Below, piece by piece: positions 27,842-40,879 of a DNA stretch of 64,000 nt. Origin of the DNA: the human T2T-CHM13v2.0 reference genome, Homo sapiens. Location of the stretch: NCBI RefSeq assembly GCF_009914755.1, contig NC_060942.1; one strand, 5' to 3'. The notes beneath the pieces were generated by a model. It saw only the letters and a list, made by a program, of their open reading frames with translations, did no database searches and had not been told where the DNA came from. The translations under genes were made by a program, and so were the position numbers. Position 1 is the stretch's first letter, and each line of letters opens with the position of its first letter.

Positions 27842-28386
27842 TGCAACTGTAATAGGCTCATTGCCTGATGCACACCTCAAGTCAATACACGGAGACACCA
27901 GGTTGCAGCAGAGAAGAGGTTTAATCTTAGAGTCACCGAATGAGGAGATGGGAGGAAACCTCAAATCCATCTCCTCAAAGAGTTTAGAGCCAGGGATTTT
28001 AAGGATTTTGTAGTGGGCCCAAGTGTGGTGATCATTGATTGGCTGAAGAGTGTGGGGTGAAGTCATGAGACAGGGAGATGAAGAAACTGTATTCTCATGC
28101 TGATTCTCTTTCTCTGTGGGGGTCTTCAAAATGGTGGGAGTCAGCCATTCCACTGGAATTCATGATCTGAAAAGCATCTTAAGCAATTCTTAAACAAAAG
28201 CCTCATGATTCTAATGTCTGAGATCCTATCTGTAGGCACAACGGGAATACAGTCAGTACCTAGTGCTAGGTGACTTTTAGCAACAAGGAAGTGGGCCAAA
28301 GTGCAGCCTGATTAAGGCTTAATTATGACTATATTCTGCCCAGAACCCAGCATGCAATACTTGTCAACACTGTAGGGACGGTTTCA
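27842..28386 (-). mobile_element. ERV1 solo LTR (same group as copy A), copy B
   Basis: Ends ...gtagggacggtttca (reverse complement TGAAACCGTCCCTAC); similar to 25008-25566. Confidence 0.8.
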
Positions 28387-28793
28387 CGCCCATGTTCAAA
28401 ACCCAATGGTAGAAGCAATGCGCAGCGTGCTCCCATGCCTTCCAAGAACATGCAAAGTACTTGAAGAGGCAGGATATACCTTAATGAAATCGTCACTAAA
28501 TTAAGAAGGAACACATAATAAAACTGAAAAGGAATGGGACAGACCCTAAGTGGCATTTTTGAGAAAATGGTAGTGAATGTGCTCTGGAACAGTGAAGAAA
28601 CGTTCCACAGAGGCAATAAAGTGCAACTGACCCCTGTAGGATGAATAGGATATGGACAAAGCCGTGAGAGAAGGAAAAACATATTCCTGGTAAGAATGGA
28701 ATACTACAAGCAAGGATTTGGAGATGAGGATAACTGAGTTCCTGTTTCTGTCCAATTAAACTACTCATTCTTCAAGTCCTAATAAAACCCTCC

Positions 28794-29281
28794 TGTTGGG
28801 AACAGGCCCCCCAAATCTGGCCATAAACTGGCCCCAAAACTGGCCATAAACAAAATCTCTGCAGCACTGTGACATGCTTGTGATGGCCTTGACGCCCACC
28901 CTGGAAGGTGTTGGTTTGCTGGAAAGAGGGCAAGGAACGCTGGCCCACCCTGGGTGGAAAACCGCTTAAGGCATTCTTAAACCACAAACAATAGTATGAG
29001 CGATCTGTGCCTTAAGGACATGTTCCGGCTGCAGATAACTAGTCAGAGCCCATCCCTTTATTTCGGCCCATCCCTTTACTTCCCATAAGGAATACTTTTC
29101 GTAAATCTTCTGACTGGCTTGCTGTCAATAAATATGTGGGTAAATCTCTGTTCGGGGCTCTCAGCTCTGAAGGCTGTGAAATCCCTGATTTCCCACTCCA
29201 CACTCTACATTTCTGTGTGTGTGTCTTTAATTCCTCTAGCATCACTGGGTTAGAGTCTCCACAACTGAGATGGTCTCAGCA
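28794..29281 (+). mobile_element. MER9 (HERV-K HML-3) solo LTR
   Basis: tgttgggaacaggccccccaaatctggccataaactggcccc start, ggtctcagca end, 6-bp TSD CCCTCC typical of class II ERVs. Confidence 0.9.
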
Positions 29282-29371
29282 CCCTCCCACTGGCCAGCCC
29301 CAATCAAAATGATTCTAACCTCTGAACTACTTTTATTAATTCATCTACATAGCTATTAGTAGAATGCTCCC

Positions 29372-30441
29372 AGTGATGGTTGATTTTATGTGTTAACGTG
29401 ACTGGCCACAGGATGCCCAATTAAACTTTATTTCTGGGTGTTAGGATATGAATGGGTGGACTCAGTAAAGTAGATTGCCCTCCCCATTGTGACCTCATCC
29501 AATCTGTTGAGGGTCTGGATAAAACAAAAGGTGAAGGAAGGAGGGATTTACTTTTTTTTGCTTCCTGTCTGCCTGCATGAGCTGGGACATCTTATCTCTC
29601 TGGCCCTAGAACTGGGATTTACACCAGTGACTCCCCTGGTTCTCAGGCTTTCAGACTCAGACTGAATTACACCGTGGGCTTTCCTGGGACTCTGATGGCA
29701 ATTTGTGGGACTTCTCAGCCTCCGTAATTGTAAGAGCCAATTCCTCATAATAAATATGTGTATTTATTGAGGCCAGAAACAATACCCCAAAATGAAGCCG
29801 TAGAGGCAAAAGTTTTTCTCTGACCTTTCCTTGTCCCCCTGTCTCCCTGTCCCATTCTTCCCTAAGGCTAGCCATACAAACTAGAATTCTTCTTCCCCAA
29901 GGCAAGTCACGGAAACCAGGACTCCTTTTCCCCTAAGCCAGCCATAAAACTGAAAAATGGGATCTAACTTTTCCTCTGCTCTACCTGTGTAAAAATTGGG
30001 CCTAGAGAAATTATTTGACCTACCTTGTTTGACTGTAGGTTCTAAGACCCACATTCCAGAGAGAGTCCTGCCCCATCCCCAGAAGGAAGGAATGCTGCTC
30101 AGAGAGGACAAGAAGAATCTCGACAGACAGGCTTTGTGGAGTTTCCCCACACGGTCCATTAGCATTAGATAATACACTTTTTGTCCAACCGTATTTCTAC
30201 AGGCCTGTCCATATTCTATGGAACCTAAGCATAAAAATGGATATTTTCCCCCACATCTTTGGGTCTTCATTCTTACGGTTCCTGTGTATACATGTAAAAT
30301 AAATTCATATGCCTTTTCTCCAATTAATCTGCCTTTTGTGAGTTGACTTTCCAGCAAACTTCACAGGGCCAAGAGGAAGTTCTCTCTTGGCCTCCACAAT
30401 ATCCTACTGGTTCTCTTTCTCTGGACACCCTGACTAATATA
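29372..30441 (+). mobile_element. MLT2 (HERV-L) solo LTR, interrupted by MER39
   Basis: gtgatggttgattttatgtg start, ctggacaccctgactaatata end, near-TSD ctccc/ttccc. Confidence 0.85.
29765..30398 (+). mobile_element. MER39-like ERV1 solo LTR nested in MLT2
   Basis: cagaaacaataccccaaaatgaag...aaaagtttttctctgacct start, cttggcctccaca end. Confidence 0.8.
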
Positions 30442-31719
30442 TTCCCAGACTAAAAACTCCAGGTGGAATCTCATGAGTACATGCAAAGACTTGATACCTG
30501 CTCTTCTATTTCTGTAATCTAAGAATGGACTGAACATTAGGACAACCAACTCTTACACTATATGACCAAGCCCCATCCTCCCCTTCTACTGAGTACCCTA
30601 TTAGATCATTCCATTATCCCTTGGATTTACTGATATGTGGGAAAAATTCTTGGCTAAGACTTAGGCACCTGTGAGCCATAATTGAAACATCACCAAATGG
30701 TATGGCTTTCCTTTCTATGGAAGCTATTATTTCTTCCATTCTCACCAATTCAGTTCAGAATGCTGTAAACTCCTTGCTCCCTTTTGCTACTTCTAGACTT
30801 TCTTCCTCTACTATCACTAATATTTTTGTTTTGAAGCCTATATCATCATCTTAAGTCCTTTTGGAGCCTGGCTTAATGTCAGAGTGTCCTAGAAGCTTTT
30901 ACAAACTTCCCAGGCCTGAATTACATACCTTTCCTTAGACTCTTGAAAGACTTCATAGTCTCATTATCTTTGCACTAAAAAGGTGGTTTAACAATTACCT
31001 ATCCACTTGTACGACTCCCCATCAGTGACTTGAGGGTAAGGACTGTGTCTTCTTATCCCTTGTATCTTAACTCATAACATAGCTTCTGATTCGGAACACT
31101 GGAGATGCTCACAAATATTTGCTAAATAAATGAATCACTGAATCCTGCATTACTGTCTTCCTATTCTCTTCAAAAACATTCTCTCACGTCCCTCTTTCCT
31201 CAGGAGTGTTAGCACCTGAATATCAATCCTCTTTACTCCCCTTACGATTTTCCATGTACAAAACTTCATATTTTCTCTTATCTGCATTTACTAAATCCTC
31301 TCCTAATTTTCCCTACTACTTCCCTTCTTCTCCAGAGCACCTAGCTCAGTGCCATGAACTTGAGAGGCACTCAAGAAGTACATATGCCAATGAAAGAGTA
31401 TCATCAGACTCAGGGGCAGCTCTGAAGTTCTGGGGCTGAGCTGACTCAGTAGCACATCTAATAAAGTGTCTTTGCTGCCACGAATGGAAGTCTACCAGTT
31501 AAAACTCTCTCACTGAATGTCCCCTTTCTTTCTTCTCCCTCCATATACCCATTTTCCTTAGGATTTCCAGAGAGCTAAACAAACAGGAGCCAAGCCCAAG
31601 TGTGACTGGAAACAGCAGTGATACATGCCCAGCTCAGAGCACAGTTGTAAACTTTATGGCTCCACTTTCTTTGTGTCTTCAGAAAGCTTAACACTTAGTC
31701 ACTGTTTATGCTATATTGT

Positions 31720-32146
31720 AGCACTTATGCTAGATTGCTCATTTTTTCATCCCTTATTGTCTTTGTCATGGTGGACCACAGGGTGAGCCATAGCAGATAC
31801 TTCAATGCTCCAGTGATGTTGGACTTGGGCTATGTGACTTGCCCTTAATGATGGAATGTGGGTGGAAGTGAAAGTGTGTCAATTCCCAGCTATAAGCATT
31901 GCATGTTTCTGTTTACACCTTTGAATGTATGCCACCCTCCATGAGAAGAACAAGCCACAGGTAACCACGGATCTCAGAACAAAGAACCTTTGAAACAGAC
32001 TTGAACTGAACCCACAGCCTAAAACAGAACCACACTAGCTGAACTGCAGAGCAATGAGCCAGAAATAAATCATTGTTATTTTAAGCCAGTGAGATTTGAA
32101 GGTTGTTTGTTGTGCTGCATTACTGCTACGGGAACCTAATTCATAC
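31720..32146 (+). mobile_element. MLT1-family LTR (MLT1I/J-like)
   Basis: atgtgacttgc...ggaatgtgggtggaagtga; aataaatcattgttattttaagccagtgagattt end. Confidence 0.75.
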
Positions 32147-32942
32147 ACTATGCTTGTTGTTTGTTCTCTAAATCTCTGAATTATAAAACATTGGGCTCTG
32201 CCCAATGACATACATATGAGGAAGGGTAGCATCCTGTTTGTAAAATACATGTACAATCTAATATTTTAGAAACATTTCAGAAGGGAGTGGTCCTATTTAC
32301 GAATTTGGTTATTGTTATTCTCATTTACCAGGGTTGGTGTTGATCATTCTCTTCTAGTAATTGAAATGGCTAAGGTTCTGTCTGCCATCTTTCTCTTCCT
32401 GAATACATTTGCTCATAATCATGATTATAGCATTTTTTATGTGAATGCCCAGCTCAGATGATACCCATAAACTTCAGCTGCATTATGTCTTTGCTCTCCA
32501 ACTCAGGTTTTTTAAGATTTATGAAGAGCCATAAAGAATTTGATTAGCATTAAAAATTCATGATGTATAGGGATGAACTGAACACTGAAATACATCTACA
32601 TTTTCAGGCTGAAGGTATAAAATTGACCTAAAGTATTTTGACGTTAAAAAAATGTAAGGTCCTAATCTTTGACATCATTAAAACTGCTTTTTTTTCCCCC
32701 CTTTTTAATTTTCATTCCAAGATGAAATACAGGTTCAGATTCCATATAAATTTGGGACAGGTAGCTTGGGGATTAAGGAGCAGATAGAAAACTTGAAGTT
32801 CAAAATTGGATCCTTATTCAACCTCTGCTTTACTGTATGATACTTAAAATATTGCTCTTTCATTGCTAAAATGGGTTGATTTGGCAAAACATTTCCGTCA
32901 GCAGTGTCAAAGCTCTTTGAGAGACAACCTATTCAGGGTGTC

Positions 32943-33130
32943 TTTATTTTTTTTTAATTTTAAGTTCAGGGGTACATGTGCAGGTTTGTTGTGTAGATAA
33001 ACACATGTCATGGGAGTTTGGCCACCCAGGTATTAAGCCAAGTACTCATTAGTTATTTTTCCTGATCCTCTCCCTCCTCCCACCCTTCCCCCTCTGAAAG
33101 GTTGCAGTGTCTGTTGTTCCCCTCTATGTG
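32943..33130 (-). mobile_element. L1PA (older) 3'-end fragment
   Basis: ttttaagttcaggggtacatgtgcaggtttgtt...cctgatcctctccctcctcccaccct; flanking gtgtcttta repeats. Confidence 0.85.
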
Positions 33131-33780
33131 TCTTTAGATATCTCAGAGGTAACTGAGGTTAAAAATTCTCAAAATATTGAAAAAAGCTATCTTTAGTTCT
33201 ATTTAATTTTTATGATTCATGCATAAAAACAGAAACATTTGCATTGTTGATTTTATGTGATATAGTAAATCTTAGTGGGAATAATCCAAATTTCAGAAAT
33301 AATTATGGGCTTCTTCCTACTTCTAGGCTAAATAAAATTTATAAGCTACTCAACCTTTCTGAGCCGTGGTCTCCTCATCTGGAAGAAGGAATAACAAAAG
33401 CACCCACAGGCTTTTGTGTGGATAGAAGTAGAACTATTAGTATGTTGTATTAAAGCACTAGGTCTGGCAAACTTATAGCCCAACAAATGAAAACTATTAT
33501 TTATTAATAGTAGGTTAAAATCACAGAACAACAATAGTGTGTCCAAAGTCTGAGCCTTTGGTGTTGTGAGAAATGGAGAAATGGAGCTACTTATATAGGT
33601 AAACAAACAGGAATTACCTATTGGCTATTGGGACCGATTACCCCCATATGACTCTGAGTTTATCTTCGTGACAGCTGGGGAACAGCAGAGCAGAGAGACA
33701 GAAGGGCTTTCTTTGAAACATTTTCTTAAGGAATCAGGAAGAGCAAAACAAATAAAATACATAGAGTCTTCAATCCCAAA

Positions 33781-34331
33781 TGAATTCCTTTCCACAGGGT
33801 TAATAAAAATAGGATGCTAGGCTCTGGACTGAAATATCATTAAGCATTAATCAAGCTGCCCTCTGACCCACTTCACCGGAGCTGCTTACTAACCAAAAGT
33901 CTCATAGGCTGGGACATAGGTCACTAACTTCCTCGTTGTGTTTATAGATAACATCTTGAGTGTCAGAAGCCTAAGACTTTTTATTTGAGATGTTTTTTAG
34001 ATTCTGGATTCCAGCAAATGGCTGATACCAACCAGTCTGAACACCCTCACCAAGAAACCAAATCAGCAAAAAAAAATGCAGTTCCTTCATGTCCCCATCC
34101 CACGACTTCACCCTGCATGCTTTGATAAATCACTGACCTCCACACCTCTTCCCACCACTCATTTAAACCCTTTAAAATCTCTATCCCCAAATTTCTTGGG
34201 GGGTAGCTTTTTGGCTTCCTCCTGTCTCCTGATTTAGCTGCCTTGCAGTTATATCTCTTTCTCTGCTGCAACTTGGTGTCTCAGTGTATCGACTTGCCAC
34301 ACATTGAGTATATGAACCTTGCACAGTTACA
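33781..34331 (+). mobile_element. ERV1 solo LTR related to copies A/B, copy C
   Basis: TG...CA termini, ccacagggttaataaaa...taagcattaatcaagctgc shared with reverse complement of A/B, 4-bp TSD CAAA. Confidence 0.75.
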
Positions 34332-34499
34332 CAAATGTCCTGCAAACACTGGCCCCATCACGAACTAAAGTCACCAGGACAGTTTGGCCTATTCAACAAC
34401 CACCTCTTTATTCAGCCACATCCTCTAAGCTCAGTTCCACCTGATTCTCACTGTCAAACTTAAAAAACACTAACCTTTATCATAGTGTCAATAATTAGA

Positions 34500-34715
34500 A
34501 CTATCAATATTTAATACCTACTCTGTGCCAGGGACCATACTATCTCTCTGACATATTATTTTTAGACCTTCCAACCATCCTGAAGGAATGCTATCATTCC
34601 AATTTTAAAGATGAAGAAATCGACCGTCAGAAAAGTGAAGGTTTGCTAGGTTCATATGGCAAATAAGGAACAGAGCAGAGATTAAAACCCGGGTTAGTCG
34701 GACTCCCATGCATGT
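34500..34715 (-). mobile_element. MIR SINE
   Basis: cctactctgtgccagg...attttaaagatgaagaaat...cagagcagagattaaaaccc. Confidence 0.7.
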
Positions 34716-35015
34716 GTTTGTTCCACAAGGCTGTACATATTCACTTTAATAGTACAGTGGAATATAACAGAGTTTGGGGTTGAAAGTTGAGACTTTATCT
34801 AATCCAAGTCTGCTGTTATAGATAAGGAAACTGAATTCCAGATCAGAACATCCAAGTGACCTTTCCAAGATCACAAAATAGTAAGATACAAAACCAAGTT
34901 TAGAATTCTTTCCATAATATCTTACTGCAATCTTCAGGAAAATTCTACTATAAAGGAACACATTGCCAAGCCAAATTATGCTGTTTCCATGACTCCCAGG
35001 CACACTGAAGACCCT

Positions 35016-35047
<32 letters not shown>

Positions 35048-35063
35048 ACACACACACACACAA
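35016..35063. repeat. compound (CT)n(CA)n microsatellite
   Basis: Directly visible. Confidence 0.95.
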
Positions 35064-37701
35064 AAGAAATGTGGAAAGAATTGATCTCTGCTACTTGCGG
35101 GTTGTACCAATGAAGTCTTACGAATAAAGTAAAAACTTGGCTATAAAACTTCTCAAACAATACTGTTATGAAGATTTTTTAACTGCATTCACTTATTCAG
35201 TGGACTATGACATAATTTCAGGCAGTTACCACAGTTTTTATAAGTTCCTGCTTGGAAGACAAGAGGATGAGCTTAACGAGGTGCAAAGAGTCAATCTATA
35301 CTTCTCATCTTGAATATATGTTATTGTAAGGAAGCAGAGATTTTAGTGGGTGGTAGGCACACTATTGAATTGAAAACAACCAGCTTCTCCCAGTTTTTCT
35401 TTATGATGCAGGAAGTCAGCTTATAGTGGCTTCACCTAAAATGTAACCATCCTGGTGACTGTTTCCTTTCACAACCACCTCTTGCACACTGAAGCATGGT
35501 TTCTGACGTCATGCTGACTGCTTCAATTTGCCAACATAACTCTGAGGCTGTGCTCTCAGGCAAGGGGCCAAGAAGGAGGCTATTTTTGCCTTGGTTACCA
35601 TACTGCTCTGGATGCGTCATTTTGCAAATTAACAGCCGAGGTCAAAAGCATTGCCTCCATGCTGAGCTATAACAAAACACGTTTTGAAGGTTGCTTTAGT
35701 CTGACTTCACAACACTTCAATGCTGATATCCATGAGGCATAGGCTACATGCTTCTACTTTGTCTAATTTGACTTTTGCAGGAACTTTCACAAATGCTAAC
35801 TCCATTTCATTCCATTTCATATTAATTGCTAGTCAAATTTGCAAGAGAGAAAATTAAAGAGGACTCCAAATTCTAAATTATTATTGAATGTGATTTTTCC
35901 AGATTAGGACATAAAGAGTCCTGTTAAATACTTTAACCCTTTGGCAACATGAATGCCAGTACTCAGTGAATGGTCAAAACTGTGGATCTTGAAGATCCTG
36001 TTGCCTTCCTCACTTGTGGCAATGGTTAAACAACACAAGAGTATGGAGTGCAGTGGAAAGGTATAGATACAGTTTTCAGGCCACATGAAAGTTCTGAGTA
36101 GGCTCAATTAACTAAGTTCTTTAAGCAAAGGCTGCAAAGAAAGGAAAGCAAGCCTTCTGCTTTTTTGAATGACGTTTCAAAAGACACTCTTCCTCAACAG
36201 AATGAACACATCACTATGAATTCTAGACTCTAAGACCCAGATACTGAGTGAACTAAAACAAAGGAAACGTGAAATAGTGGCTCCGACAGTAAAGTATTGA
36301 TGCACCTTCAAACGAATTTGTTCTGAATAATACATCAACTACCTAAGAACTCACATCTTGAGCTATTTTTTAAAAGTACATTGTGAAGTGCAAAGCATCA
36401 AGAAAAGCAGTCATGTTGCCCGACATTTTAGGAGGATGGTTATTAAAATAAAGTTTCAAATTTTTTTGGATAAGTACAGAGGAGAATTCCTGAGCTATTG
36501 GTTGAACATCACAAGAACTTTCTTGCTTTTAGTATTACGGCTGATAGAGCTGCCACAGAAGTGCCTCTGAATGAATTGTACTGAGAAGTAAATATGTAAA
36601 GGAAAGAACAAAGGGCATAGTCCACTGATAGACTACAAGCCCTGAAATATACATAGATGGCCCCAATAACCCCTTCTAAGCAATGTCAAAGACATGTTGT
36701 ATATTGTAACTCTGGGTATTTGGAAAGAGGTGCTTGACGCTTAAAGGTAGATCCTCACTGGTTATCAAAAGGGCTCTGAAAATGAAGCAAAAGCATTTAC
36801 AGGTTCTAAATTGGAAATTAATAGCTCTGAATACAAAAACTGAAGGAACTTTAGCCCATGATTTGGCAGACATTTAAAGCTCTATCGCATGATCTGGGGA
36901 TGCAGAAAATTAGCACATTCTGCTTAGGGATACATGTAAGATCTAACAAAGTGATTTTTAACATTATAAGAAGACTTAGCAGCATGTTGCAAAGATGCAG
37001 TTATGAGGAAGAGACCCTAGATAGGGTCTCTTCAAGTGATGCACATCTTACAAAGGTTTTTCTTAATGGTCCTTTGCTTGTCAGTATACTCCCACTTCAC
37101 TAAGTGCTCCTTCAGTGCTCCAGTCTCTTACTTTTTTTATTATAGTTACCTTTAGCCTTGGAAATTTAGCAAATACTCCACTATACACTATTTCATTCAA
37201 CCTTCCCAAAAATATTGGGAGGTAAGAAGGTAGCATTATTTCCATTTTCAAATTCAAAAAATGGATGCCTGAGAAGTAGAGGCATTGACCCGGGGAAGTA
37301 GAGGAATTCACCCGGTGGTCGTCTCTCATCACAGAGCCAGTGTCCCTTCCACCACTGGCTGGTATCACTACACTTGGTCTGTGGGCACCTTGACTGCTTC
37401 AGCCTAGCTGAATGACTATCCAAGCCATTTGTTACTAAAAGAATGAAACTAGGCACCCATACATGGTTTCTAGAACAGAAAAATACAAAAAATAAGAACT
37501 GTGTTAAAGAGTTAAGAAAACCACAGTCAACACGGAAATAAAAGTAACTCTAGGAAAGCTCAGAAATTCTCCAGTAAAAATTAGCAAATCATCATCAATA
37601 GAAAAGATTCACATATTTCAACTCCTCAGCCATGATCATGACCAGGCCACAGAGAAACAGTATATCTCCCTACAAAGTCATCATTCTTACTCCTTGGAAA
37701 C

Positions 37702-37818
37702 TATCTTAAGTACCCTTTAATCTCGCGATTCCCAAGGCCATATCTTAAGTACCCTTTAATCTCGCGATTCCCAAGGCCATATCTTAAGTACCCTTTAATC
37801 TCGCGATTCCCAAGGCCA
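37702..37818. repeat. perfect 3 x 39-bp tandem repeat (minisatellite)
   Basis: Unit tatcttaagtaccctttaatctcgcgattcccaaggcca at 37702, 37741 and 37780, identical, no spacers. Confidence 0.97.
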
Positions 37819-38181
37819 TCAAGATTTCAGCCGCTCTTAGACATACTCTTTCTTCCCACACCACTCATCTCTCAGACTGACAGTCAAGTCTACAATCTTT
37901 TCCAGCTACACAGCCCCACCTGAAAAAACTAAAGGCTCTGGAGATAGACTTGGGACTCTGTCTAACAGGATGGAGCCCCAGATAAAAATGTGGCATAAAT
38001 TCACCATCATGACTGAAGTGCGTGTCATTTCACCTTCCCAGTGACTATCAGAAGTACACTCAATAAAGGTTGTTTGACTCACAATCGAGGGGCTAGAATG
38101 TGTCCTCAGTATGTACTCATCACTATGTTCAGCAAGCCAAACCTTACGGACTGAGATTATTTTATTTCTAAGGGTTATTTA

Positions 38182-38626
<445 letters not shown>

Positions 38627-38681
38627 TTAAATAAGACGTGACTTTTTCTTTTCTTTCAAGTGATATATGCACAAGGGTTAA

Positions 38682-39118
<437 letters not shown>

Positions 39119-39921
39119 ATGGTGAAAGGAATACTTTCCCCCTGGCTTTTTTCCAAGTTACTTTTTTTCATTGATATGTTCTGACTTTTCATTGATGTGT
39201 TTCCTGTTCTCACACTGGGCCCAGACATCTTACTCAAAGTAAACTGTTGGTTTACTTTTTCCTCTATTTCAAGGATGGACAGAGATACCTTTTCTTTCTC
39301 CTCATCTCAGGTAGAGCAGGCTAGTATTTTTCCTAATGGTTTATTGCTGAATGTGAAGAGAAACCAAAGGAGAAACAAGCAGGAGTAACACAAACAGCAT
39401 AAAAGGGAAAAGTTCACACTGCAGATTTCTGAAACTAAAATATCACTAACAACAGCAAAGAGACTTACTGAGCCCAAATTTTCCAAGACTGACATAAACA
39501 TCCTCCAGCCAAGATTGAGGCACAACTTGCAGGTAACTTGCTTTTATTCCTTCCTTTTCAGTTTCCCATCTCCAATGTTGAAAAGCATCTGGAAGCCACC
39601 TCATTATACCTTTTGTTCTTTTCAGTGTCTGATACCAGCTTCCTAATCCCTGGTTCAAAAACATTTTCCCCAAACTGAGTAGCTTTGACTAAATTCCTTG
39701 TCTCACAGCCCTTTTTAGAATAATGTTGATTGACATTCCTGAATGCAAATAGATAATCAAATCATGCCTTGGCCAAGGTTATTAGTGTTTTTACTTCTCA
39801 GATTATCAATCAGATACCTTAGTTCCTCTCTACAGAAGCAACTTAGGAAAATAACCAGTATCATTATTCAAGATCAGCATATAAGTGTAAGTTGACAATA
39901 GCACACATACAGTCCTCTCAC

Positions 39922-39925
<4 letters not shown>

Positions 39926-39966
<41 letters not shown>

Positions 39967-40020
39967 GATAATGATGGTGTGGGTGGTGGTGGTGATGATG
40001 ATGATGGTGGTAGTTGTGAC
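39926..40020. repeat. (CA)n followed by (GAT/GGT)n low-complexity tract
   Basis: Directly visible. Confidence 0.9.
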
Positions 40021-40879
40021 AGCAACCAAAACGCATATCATCCTAAAAACTAAAAACACTGAAGCAAATAAGACATGCGTCCAGGATTTCACCATCATAC
40101 TGGTTACCACATTTGATCTTTTCATAATTCCTCTTCAGCAAGTAGCTGCACGAGGTTATAGAAGAGAGAGGCACAGATGAACCACCACATGCGCAGAGAG
40201 AGGAGAGAAACACAGGTCCTCCCGACTCAGTGAGAAATCTCCTCCCCAGGCACCTGGGTCCCAGCTGAGCCATCTCTTTTGATGGTGTATTGATGCCCTG
40301 CACTGTTTCTTCCTGCCTTTTGAAAGATACAATATCAGAACTGATTTTTATGAAAGCACAGTTGCTTCTTAAGCAGCCCTTAAGATCAGGAGAATTCTTC
40401 TCCACTGGGCTAAGGATTATCTGGGCTTTGGATAACTGAAAGTTATATAGTTTGCAGAAATCAAAAAGAGAGAAAACAACTCAAGGATTGGCTTCAGAAA
40501 GAATAATTCAAACAAACTTTATTTTTTCCACTTCTTGAGCCATTGTTTACTTTTTTCCCTTCTGTGGTTCTATTATTATCTCTTCCTATGATGCTTCTGC
40601 ATTATGCTACAACAAAGATTTAAATATTTCTTTTAGGTGTACTTTACACATGGGAAGCCTGGACTAAGGGAGAAGTCAGATAACCCTCGGGGCTGACTGT
40701 TAGTAAAACTTCAGTAATTAAGACTAGCAGAGGAAATTTGGTTCATTTATTCTTACAACAAAATATTGCTGTGTATCTGTTACAAAAGAATCATTTTGCC
40801 AGATACTACTTAAAGAAACAATTTTTTAAACAGAATTTTCTAATTTATTAGGTTGAGAAAAATTTAGTCTCAGAAAACA

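Noticed and set aside
25008-28386. Copies A and B as 5' and 3' LTRs of one provirus
   Set aside because: No PBS or PPT seen, the spacer contains L2/MIR-like host DNA, no shared outer TSD is evident, and the copies differ by several indels
29881-30357. 158-aa minus-strand ORF
   Set aside because: Lies wholly within a MER39-like LTR, antisense, with no protein motif
37702-37818. CRISPR-like array (repeat length 39 bp)
   Set aside because: Units are head-to-tail with no spacers, there are no cas genes, and the context is primate DNA
39830-40180. Poly-His / CV-repeat ORFs
   Set aside because: Translations of (CA)n and (GAT/GGT)n microsatellites
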